The notes under the pieces were generated by a model, which saw only the letters and a list, made by a program, of their open reading frames with translations, was not told the DNA's origin and made no database searches. From Salpingoeca rosetta (Eukaryota > Protista > Choanoflagellata): 64,000 bases of DNA. Each line of letters opens with the position of its first letter. The stretch's first letter is position 1. Shown piece after piece: positions 27,022-64,000 of this stretch. The stretch lies in contig JAWQFM010000033.1 of NCBI GenBank assembly GCA_033442325.1, positions 475,029 to 539,028 on the forward strand. Direction: 5' to 3'. The position numbers were made by a program, and so were the translations under genes.

Positions 27022-30000
27022 GCGGTTGTTTCTGCCGCGGCAAGCTGCTGCTGGCGCTGCTGCTGGTGCTGTGTTGCAGTTGCTGTCCGCTGTTGTGGGC
27101 GCAGTCCCCGCAATGCACGCCCAAGACTCTGCAACGCCTTCTTGTGGCCACGAGGCCGCCGCTTCCTGGCACCACCATCCACGGCCGTGGTCGTCGTGTT
27201 GTAGCCCGTGTCTGCATGCACACCTGCGCGTGCTGCCTTGCCTGCGCCCACCAAAGCAGCACCATCGTTATCATCATCACCATCGTCGCTGCTGCTGGGC
27301 GCGTCGCTCACCGTCACACCGCTGCTGTCGCTGTTGGCATCGCACACGGACACACCACCACTAACAATGGACGAGGATGGCAGTGTTTTGCTTCGCGCAC
27401 CAAGCCTGTCGGTCCTCTCATCCTCCTCATCGCTGCTGCTGCTGCTGTCACTGCTGCTTGCGCACGTGACATGGCCGCTGTCAATCGATTGCGTCATGGA
27501 GCGCCTGTCCTTGTGCTTGGCGACCGCGGCGGTGGCGCTGTTTGCATTCGTGGTGGCCACCGTGCCACCGCTACCGCTGCTGTTGGGCATGGGTGGTGCT
27601 GTCTTGGTGACACCAGCCTCTGCCATCACACCGCCTTGCCGCGCTGGTGACGATGTTGTTGTTGATGATGATGATGATGTTGTTGTTGTTGAGGTTGGCG
27701 TGCGCCTGAACGGGTTGACGAGAAGGCGAAGGCCAAATGACGCCCGCAACTTCAGCTTCCTCGTCATGCCACCACCACCACCGCCATTGCCACGGCTGTC
27801 ACGATCGCCATGATCATTGCTGCTGTTGCTGCTACAAACAGCAGCAACAGCAGCAGCAGCATCGCCAGAGTGACGGGAGTGCTGATGGTTGCTTGCATGC
27901 ATGTTTGTGGAGCTGCGTGAGCGTTTGGTCAAGCCACCAAACGATGCACGTGCCCGCCTGCGCTCGCCAGGCTGCTTCGCCTGGGTGCTGTTGCTGGGCT
28001 TGGGCTGCTGTGTCGCCGCAATCTGCAAGTAGTTGCCGCTTTGCTGCTGCTGCTGCTGCTTCTGGCGCTGGTAATCCTGCTGCAACATGGCCAGGAACGT
28101 CATTGCCCCCTCCGTCTGCTCAGCGGCGCTGGCGCCCTTCTTGCGCGATTGCATCATGATGGCGGGCGTGTCCAGCCCAATCTCGGAGTCATCGTCCACC
28201 ACCTCCTCCGCGACTGTCACGTGCACCGACGACCACCCGCTACCGCTCATCATGGCGTGAGCAGCGCCCTTGCTGTTGCGGCTGCTGCCTGTGCTGCTGT
28301 TGGTGCTGTCGCTGGCGAAGAACGTGCTTTGGTCGCTAGCGGCGGCGTGTGTGGAGGGGGAAGGGAGTGCAGAGTCGAAGAAGGAAAACACGTTGGCGCG
28401 TGGGCTGGCCTTCCTCTCCTTCACCACCTTCGTGCTGCTGGCACGGCTGGTCGTGTTGCTTGCAGGCAGCGCTTCTGCGCCACTGCGGGAGCTCCTGTCC
28501 GTGCCTGCCCTGCTGCTGGCGTTGCTGATGTCTGTGATGGTGGTGGTTGGCGAAGGTGCTGCCATGCGCGTGTGCGACAGCCACGACGATGCATTCGACC
28601 CGCACCGTGCACCCTCTTCTGTGCCAGTCACCGTCTCCTCCTCCTGCTGCTGTTGCTGCTGTAGCTGTTGCTGCTGTGAGCTCGCAGCAACAACAACTGC
28701 CTCTGTCGTCGTTGCCACTGGCGGTGGTGATGATGGCGCCGAAGTTGAAGACTGCGATGACGGTGACGATACTGCCGAGGACGCTGAGGAGGAGGAAGAG
28801 GATGCAAGGGAGTAGCAGCCGGATGAAAAGGACAGGCAGGAGGACTCGGAGGACACGGACTCCGGTCGCCGTTTAAACGCGCTAATCGCCTCCATCAGCG
28901 AAGGCGAGATTGGAGGCGGTGGCGATGACGATGATGATGACGATGACGATGATGTGGATGAGGATGAGGAAGTTGAGGCGGCGTGTGGCTGCTTCTTGCT
29001 CTCGCTGGTGGAGACGCCGAGCGTGAGGTTGAGCTTGTTGCGGTGCCTGTCCTTGTTGGATGCAGCGGCAGACGCCTTGCCGCCTTGCGTGGATTTGCGT
29101 GCTTGCAGGCACAGCTGCGCCACAGCATCCACCCACAGGCCGCTGCCACCACTGACACCACCACCACCACTGCTGCTGCTGCTGTTGTGCGTCTTCTTTG
29201 CCTTTTGGCTTGCCAAGTCACCTGCCGCTGCCGCTGTCGTTGTCGCAGCTGGGTTCGTGATGGCAGACACAGATGCAACGGTGACATGTGAGTCTGTCAT
29301 CATCGCCCTGCCCTTGTCACTGCCGCTGTGCAGTGCCTCTGTGATGTGCACTGCGTGTTGTTGCTTGCCGTGGTGGCTGCGGCGAGCGCGCCCACACAGC
29401 GATGCATGGCGCGTCAGGCGCAGCGAAACGGCACGACCAACACCGCCGCCACCTGTGCCTGCAGGCACGTTCTTGGGCCGCGTCGGGGACGACGACGATG
29501 ACGATGGGCATGACATTGTCACACACGGTGACGACGACGGCGAAGAAGCAGAAGAACCAGAAGAAGACAAAGTGGTGCTGCTGCTGCTGGTGCTGGTGGT
29601 AAACATGCTTGTGATGTTCGCGTCACTGTTGGCGTCGCTGCGAGCATGTGCCGCCTGCTTTGTCGTGCGGGAGGGAGAGCGACGTAGGCTGATCCTGTTG
29701 TAGCTGCCGCCACGCTGCCGCCGCTTCACAGACTTGCGTGCAGGCAAGACAACCGGGAAACCCGCAGTGGTGGCGGCGTTGTTGCTGCTGTTGCCGTTGC
29801 TGTTGCTGCTGCTGCTGCTGCTGCTGCTGTGGTTGTTGTTGTTGTTGTTGTTCCGGCTGCACGCGTGATCACCAGCTTCGCTGTCAGTCTCATCATCATC
29901 ATCATCATCATCCTCACTGCTGCTGCTGAGGGTTGCAGTGCGCGGGTTTGGGAGCGGGGGCGAGTCTGAATGGCTGAAGGTTGCGTTGCTCGAGGACGCC

Positions 30001-30908
30001 AGCGACGATGGGGATGGGGATGCGGACGTTGTTGGTTGTGGGGCCGTTGACGGTGCTGCTGATTGAGCCGTTGGTTGTGCTTGGGGTGGTGGTGGTGTCG
30101 CTAGGCTGTCATTGGTCTGCCAGAGTCGAACCAAGTCGGCAACGCTCGCCTTCTGCTGATCATCCTCACACCCGCCCTTGACCACGCCATTGCTCTCGCC
30201 ACAGCCACGCCCCGTGTCACGCCTCTCATCATGGATGTCATCATCATCATCATCATCACCATCATCATCTTCAGCGGTTATGCCGTCGTTGTGAATACGC
30301 CTGCCACTGCCGCTGGTGTTGCCGCTGTCTTGGTCTGCGACGACGGCGCTCATGATGGTGAAGAGCGATTGGCCGCGGCGGCGACGGCGAGATGCGCTCA
30401 ACGCTGATCGCAACACGGGCACATCACTGCCATGGTCGTCATGGTCGCTGTTGTCGCCGGCACCGCCATCAGCATGGCTCCCTGCCTTGCGGCTGCCATT
30501 GTCGCTGACACTAATGTGGGCGTCATGTGCGCGCGAGACCGCTGACAGCTGCATGGCCGGTGTGCTGGAGGAGTGAGGGAGGCGTGGCGCGGTGTTGGTG
30601 CGTGCCTCCATACCCATTGACCCAGCACGAGTTGAGGTTGAGGTCGAGGTGGCTGATAGTTGTGACGCGGGTGCGCCAGGCTGCACCCTCAGCCCTGCGC
30701 GTGGGTGGCTCCTGCTGGCCGACACGAAAGGCGAGGACGACGATGATGAGGATGATGGTGAGCCATGCGCAGGTGTCGAGCTCGTTGCCCTGGCTGTTGT
30801 GGATGTCGTAGGCGTTGCGGTGTCGGTGGCGTGTCTTGGTTGTCCCTTGGGCGCAGGCACGGTGGCGCCCGTCGCATCTGGGCCCTGGCGTCCCTTTGTG
30901 GCAAGCAT
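25234..30908 (-). CDS. Phactr/Bni4-like protein phosphatase 1 regulatory protein: long disordered N-terminus plus C-terminal PP1-binding domain
   Basis: Exons ~30908-27019, 26829-26374, ~26125-25777, 25606-25510 and 25323-25234 join in frame. The C-terminus KSILR...[66 protein letters not shown] closely parallels the Phactr C-terminus (LIRF..VEV..YDRR.DKPW..LT.ADK..IRKELN.FK..EM.VH..SR..TRFH). The true start may lie upstream. Confidence 0.85.
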
Positions 30909-33070
30909 GCTGTGGTTGCTGCTGCTGTTGTTGCTGTTGTTGCTGCTGCTGCGGCTGTTGCTGTGCTGGTGTTGGAAGAAGAACCGCAGACACGCTTACT
31001 CACAGCTGCCTCGGGGCGACTGGGAGGTGTGTGTGTGTGGTGGGGGGGGGGGGGGAGGCTGTGTGTGTATGGGGGAGGGAGTATGTGTGTAGTGCTGTGT
31101 CTCGCTGGTCACGGCTGCTCGTGCAGTCGTGCGTGTGCGTGTGTGTGATATGGGTTGGTAGGTGAATGAGGACCTGTGGTTGTTGGTGTTGTCTGCTGTG
31201 TCTTCTGCTGCTGCTGTTGTGACAAACAAGACGCAACCAACTCTGCGCACCAGACAAACAAACACACACTCGGCACACATACGCACAAACACACACGACA
31301 CACACACACTCACAAACACAGCCACTGTGGTGGTGTTGTTGGTGAGGAATGCAGCCGGCAAGGCAATCGGGGAGCCAGCACAGCAACGCTGGCCTGGTGT
31401 CGCATGCCAGTTTCACATCATGTTCCTCGTGTCACATCAGGGCTCGACGCATTGCATACTTGCACCAATGAACGTGGCCACTCTCTCGTCACCCACTTGG
31501 CTGGCCCACAGCCTTTTCAACAACAACACCCCAGCAGCAAAGGATGCCCGCCACATCTCCTCACTCCGCGCGACCAAGCATGTGCATTTGGGCAAGACGA
31601 GTGCCATTTGCGAGCCATGACTGTGCCACCATGCCAGTGACCGGCGCCCCTGCCAGGCAACCACGCACGACAACACATCCATGCAGTGCATGCCAATCAC
31701 TGACAGCCGCATTCCGCCTGGCTTGCTTGCTCGCACACTTCAGTTTTATGCTGTTGTGTACAGGGGACGACAGTACGTTTGCAAATTGCACGCTAAAGCC
31801 AGTTGGGCGTGGTTGCGTTGCTCTTCCTCTGCTGCTTCTGTGGTGCGTGGGTGGCTCGGCTTTGCAATTTGCAGCTGGGGAGATGCCCTTTTTTTGCGCC
31901 CACACACGCCAAGTTTCCATTGAAGGGGGCGGAGAAGGGGATGTTGTGTGAGCGCGCGTTTTGTCGGGCATCTTCCACAACTTGTCTGCAAAATAAGAAA
32001 AATGGAGTGCGGAAGCCGCACAAAACACAGCACACCAACAAAACAACGCCAACAAAGCGTGAACTCTCTCATCGAAGGTTGGTTGGTTGGTTGGTTGCTT
32101 GTTGTTGGCTGCGTGGGAGGAACGAGAGAGGCACGAGAGAGAGAGCAAGAACCACCCCCCCCCCTCCTGTTGTTGTTCGTGTGTTGTGGTGGGTGCAGCA
32201 CTCCTCTTTCCTTTGCTTGGTTCGTTGAGTGTGTTTGCGTGTGTGTGTGTGCGTGTGTATGTGCGTGTGTGTGCGTGTGTGTGTGCGTGTGTATGTGTTT
32301 GTGAGTGAGTGCGCGCGTGTGTGTATGTGTGGTTTTTGCAACCACCGCCCCCCTTTTTCGCGGTCGTGTGGGGTTGATTGGTTTCGCTGGTTGGTTCGAG
32401 AACGGCATCCGTCCGCAAGAGCACACAGCCACACACGCGCGCATACACACGCGCGCCACACCCGCACACACACACACACACACGCACACACATCCTTGTT
32501 GGTGTGTCCCGTGATCCCTTTTCGTGGTGTCCGCTGAAGCCAACCCAATTGTGTGTGTGCGTGTTACTCACACACACACACACACACACACACGCAAACA
32601 CACACAAACACACACACACACACACACACAACTCTCTCGATTGCTCTTCGTGCGCACCCATGCCACCGCTATTGGTTGTCGCAGGTGCATTGTGTTTCCC
32701 ACACGGACGCGCCTCTGTTGGCTTTGCGTGTTCCCGCCCACCGCGTTGTTTCAGGTGAGAAGACCGTTCCGTGTGCCATGGCAGTGGCTGGGCATCTGCT
32801 GTGTCGATGCCCCAGAAGGACAGTGTCCCAACGTTGCGTGGCTTGATGGTGGTGGTTGGTGATCTCGTCTCAGTGTGCTGTCCGTTTCAGGTGCCGGTGG
32901 TGATTCCTTGTTGTTCCTTGTGGTTGTTGTTATGACACGCAAGCGGACACCCAGAACACAAGCATACGACAAGATGGGATTGAATCACTCCACTCATCAC
33001 CACCATGTCACTGTGCTATTACCGACTTTGCTTGTCCGCCATCTCTCCTCTCATCACCATCGTCACGCGC

Positions 33071-33167
<97 letters not shown>

Positions 33168-33356
33168 GCGCGCAATCTCTCTCTGCAACCCTTTTCTATC
33201 TTGTTCAGGTGTTGGTGCAACTGCAAGCGGTCCGGTCTCCCTTTGAGTGCTGATCGACGTCTTCGCACAGCACACGTTCGAGCGGCCCTCCCTTCCCCGT
33301 CTCTTCTGTTCATCGCGCACCACCCCCTCCCTCACACACAAAGGACATCACCGACC

Positions 33357-37556
<4,200 letters not shown>

Positions 37557-38751
37557 CCGCATGCCACAGCCGTTGTCGTCGTTGTCGTTTGTTGTCGTTG
37601 TCGTCGCTGTTCCTTCTTCTTCTTCCGTCTCACTGTTGGGGTTGGTCTGGGCTGGCTGCCCAATGTTGTCGTCCTTTGAACCCTGAACTCGCTGCCGCCT
37701 CCTAGCCTTCCTCCGTCCCTCCCCAGTTTCTTCTCCCTTCTCCCTACCCTCACACAATTGGTTGTTGCACACTATTTGCCGGCACCCGCCCCCCCCCCTT
37801 CTCTCTCTCTCCCTCTCCCGGCCCTTTCCTTCACCACTGGTTTGCTTTGACGGGCTTGCCTTGTCTTTTTTTTTTTCTTTCTTCCTTTTCTTGTTCTGCT
37901 TGCCTGTTCATTTTGCGCGTGCGATTGCACCTGCAGCTCAGCTTTTTCGTCCAGTGTGTTCTTGGTTGTTCTCATTTTTGTGTCTCCCTTCCTTCCATTC
38001 ACGTGCCCACTGCTGCTTATCGCGGTCCTGTTGTGTAGCTTTGTTCATTTGTTATACGTGTGTGCTTTGCTTGTCTGCACGTATGTTTGTGCACGTGTCA
38101 AGCTTCATGATGCATCTTTGCTTAACGTCTTGTCACTCGTGCATGCTTGTTTCCGCATGGAATTGTGTTCCCCCCCCCCCCGCCTGCCACCATAGCGGCC
38201 ACCACCGAACACGTGTGAATGTGTGTGATTTGTCTGACTGCACACTCGATTTGTCGTGTCCCCACGCCTTCCACCCTCACTTGTTGGCTGGTTCCCTGCA
38301 CAGGGGGGGGGGGGTATGAGAAGTGCAACCGATGCGTGTGTGCTGTGTGTGCTGTGTGTGCGTGTGTGTGTGTTGACTTGAGCCGCTTTCGCGTGGCCTT
38401 GCATGTGTCTCTGTTGGTGGCTGCATGTGGAGCGGTGGTGTGGTGGTGACATCACCATGTGCGTGGTTGTGGTCGTGGTTTGCTTGTATGTGTGTGTGTG
38501 TGTGTGCGTGTGCGTGTGTAAGAAGACTTGTTTGTTCTCCACAGCAATACACGCCCAACGAAAAAAAAAAACGCAAAGGCAAATCAACAAGGCCATGGGA
38601 GAGAAGCAACATGGAAGGAAGTGAAACACAACCAAAGACATGTCTACGTCAGATTAGGCAGGACAAAACCATCAACCAGTCTCACATCACTCCTGAAACG
38701 TCACACAAGAATACAACAAGAAGGGCGAGGGAAGACAACAATGGTGCACGC

Positions 38752-61559
<22,808 letters not shown>

Positions 61560-61781
61560 GCGTGCGTACGTGTTGGGCGTGGGGTGTTGGGTGTGTCCTT
61601 TGCTCCTCGTGCGTGGGTGAGTGCGTGGGTGGGTGGATGCACACTGTCGTCCGGGCTGCCTGCTGTTGGCTCATTTACAAGCAAGACCTTTTCCTTCTTT
61701 CCGGTCCTGTGCTGTTGTGAAGAATGGCCATAACTTCATGTAATTTTCCGCACTGAAGCAGAACAGGAAGAACCAAGCGAT
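61560..61781. promoter_or_regulatory. Probable compact bidirectional promoter between the receptor gene and PAN2
   Basis: The two divergent predicted start codons (61559 minus, 61782 plus) are only ~220 bp apart. Confidence 0.45.
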
Positions 61782-64000
61782 ATGGCGGTTGTGCCGCAGC
61801 AAATCAACTTGGTGGGTTGGTTGGTGCGGCTGCACTGGCCCGTGTTTGTGTTCGTGGTCATGACCGTGGCTGCGGGTGTGGCTGCGGTTGTGATCCTGGC
61901 TGTGGTTGAAGGCACAGACAGACACACGGACGCACAATGTTGCTGCTTGTCTTGTTTGTTTGTTTGTTTGTTTGTTTGTTTGTTTGCTTTTGTTGTCAGC
62001 AGAGTTTGTGGATGTTGTCCATCACCCTCACAGCACCCATTCGCAAACGCGCATCCCACACCCCATACTGAAGCTGGCGCATTCGCCTCGGACCCTGCCC
62101 ATTGTGGCTGCGGCCTTTGATGAAGCCTCCACACTGTATTGGGTCGTGTCCAGGGAGGTACGAAGGCGTAGGCGAGCAGACGAGCGTGTCATCTTCGTCA
62201 CAGCTGAGATGGCGCCTGTTGCGTGACTTTTCCTGCAACCGTCGACATGGGCCTGCGTGTGCTGGCAGTGTGATCCTCGTTGTATTCGTTCGACTGATCG
62301 AGACGGGCATCCCTCACATGCATGGTCTCTGTGCTTTTCAGGGATACATCGCATCGTATGAGCTGCCCTACGGGCTCAAGTTTTCTGCGTGGCACCTCTC
62401 CGTCGAGGATGAGATTGTGGACGTGAGTTGTGGCGCTGGCGTTGGCGTTGGCGTTAGCGGTGGTATTGGTGTTGGCGTTGGCGGTGTCTTGTAACCGCCT
62501 GCATTCTACCTGCACTGCATACCTTGGAGGTGTGAACGGCATTCATTGTGTGAGTGTTCACGCTTCTTACACGCACGTTATCTACAACCCTGCGTGCTTG
62601 CATGTCCATGTTGATGACAACACCAACAACCGCAGCTGGTGCCCAAAGGAAGCGTGGTGTGTGTAGTTCGCACATCCGCGATTGACGTGCACCAACAAGG
62701 CAGCCTTCTTCTCCAGTCCATCTCGTACGTTGAGAATGCGGTGTGTATGTGTGTGTGTGTGTGCGTGTGCGTGTGTGTGTGCGTGTTTGGGAGGGAAAAC
62801 GGGGATTGGATGAAATTCGTAGGAGCGGTGCACTTGGCTGTCTTTGTCTCACACACATTCACACTCTCCCACACATGCTGACACGCACACACATTTACCC
62901 ATACGCACACGCCATACTACCATGCCCTCTCTTAAAGGAGCTCCATGCTGCGAAACATCACGTGTGCAACCGATGCCCCACGAACGGTGAGAGAAATGGC
63001 GGCTGTCAGAAATCACATGCAAGATCTGCATGCATACACGCACGCACGCACACGCATTGCTTCTCCTGACCTACTCGTTGCGTGCATGCATTCACATTTC
63101 ACATTCACCACTGTTGCACCCACCAATACCACTACCACTACCACCACTGTGACTGCCACTGTCAACACTACGTCTACGATTGCGTGTGCGTACTGTCGCT
63201 GTTACCACCATTGTTTGTGCGGCTGGCAGCTGAACATGTTCGTCGGCACGGAGGGCGGGACAGTGGTGAAGGTTGACGCGGCACAGGGCACCGTCTCCAT
63301 GCAGGTTGAGCTCGATTACGGCGCTGTCAACTGCCTCAGGTATGAGAGGGTGTGTGTGTGTGTGTGAATGTGTGTGAATGTGAATGTGATGTGTGATGTG
63401 TGATGTGTGATGTGATGTGATGTGAGATGTGATGTGATGTGATGTGTGTGTGAGTGTATGTGTCAGTGTGTACTTTCGTACGTGGTGCTCCTGTGTGTGC
63501 CCCGCCACCCACTCTCTCACACCTGAATGCAACCCCCCCCCCCCGGGCGCGCGCGATGCAGGTGTGCCAACCGGTTTGTAGCGGCGGGCACGCGGGCGGG
63601 CAAAGTTGTGCTGCTCGACCGCCGGCTGCTGGTGGAGGTATGCGTGTTTGACGCGTTTAAGGGCGGTGTGGAATCCCTGGCGTCCGCAGGCAACATCCTC
63701 CTCGCCATTGGCAGAGATAAAGACGGGTGCGTGCACACCTGTTTGTGTGGTTGTTTGTTTGTTTGTTTGTTTGTTTGTTTGTTTGTTTGTTTGTTTGTTT
63801 GTTTGTTTGTTTGTTTGTTTGTTTGTTTGTTTGTTTGTTTGTTTGTTCGTGTATCTGTTTGCGTGCGGGCAAGTGTTGACTGCATGCCACGGCCGTTGTG
63901 TTGCTTGCAGGCAAATCGACCCCATTGTCCGCGTGTACGACGTGAAGCACAAACACGCCAGGCACCCAATGATTGTACGTATTTGTGTGTGTGTGTGTGT
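61782..64000 (+). CDS. PAN2: PAN2 poly(A) deadenylase subunit, N-terminal WD40 domain (partial, continues beyond the window)
   Basis: Spliced exons (~62000-62157, 62342-62422, ~62636-62740, 62939-62987, 63230-63339, 63562-63727, 63911-~63975) give AAAFDEASTLYWVVSREGYIASY...MFVGTEGGTVVKVD...AVNCLRCANRFVAAGTRAGKVVLLDRR...FDAFKGGVESLASAGNILLAIG...IDPIVRVYDVK. This parallels PAN2 (FD..EE.LW.G...G.ATS; NRFFFCGHTSGKVSLRD; FDAFSGSLSDFDVHGNLL.ACG; D.FLKVYDLR). Start codon tentative. Confidence 0.75.

Noticed and set aside
31561-32661. 366-aa minus-strand ORF between the Phactr-like gene and Src (likewise 24364..25332 on the + strand)
   Set aside because: Largely composed of microsatellite translations, with no recognisable domain.

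Overview
Intron-rich eukaryotic genomic DNA with dense (CA)n/(TG)n microsatellites and GC-rich exons, resembling a choanoflagellate such as Salpingoeca rosetta (inferred from composition and gene content). Manual GT-AG splicing with phase checking gives seven genes. (1) The 3' end of a + strand gene with acidic tyrosine motifs. (2) A minus-strand kinase-less ROCO GTPase (LRR-ankyrin-ROC-COR-SAM) whose LRRs are each encoded by one symmetric exon. (3) A roughly 2,800-aa mostly disordered protein with a central EF-hand pair. (4) A large disordered protein ending in a Phactr/Bni4-type PP1-binding domain. (5) A complete 10-exon Src-family tyrosine kinase. (6) A roughly 23-kb giant single-pass, kinase-less receptor/adhesin: signal peptide, two LamG-like domains, DUF642/CBM-like, C-type-lectin-like, sushi-like and F5/8 domains, many Cys-rich repeats, TM, and a tail with FxNPxY and paired Tyr motifs. 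(7) The 5' part of PAN2. Many introns are polarised, UG-rich at the 5' end and CA-rich at the 3' end, so they could fold back on themselves. Most ORFs in the supplied track are microsatellite or antisense artefacts. No RNA genes, CRISPR arrays or transposons were recognised.
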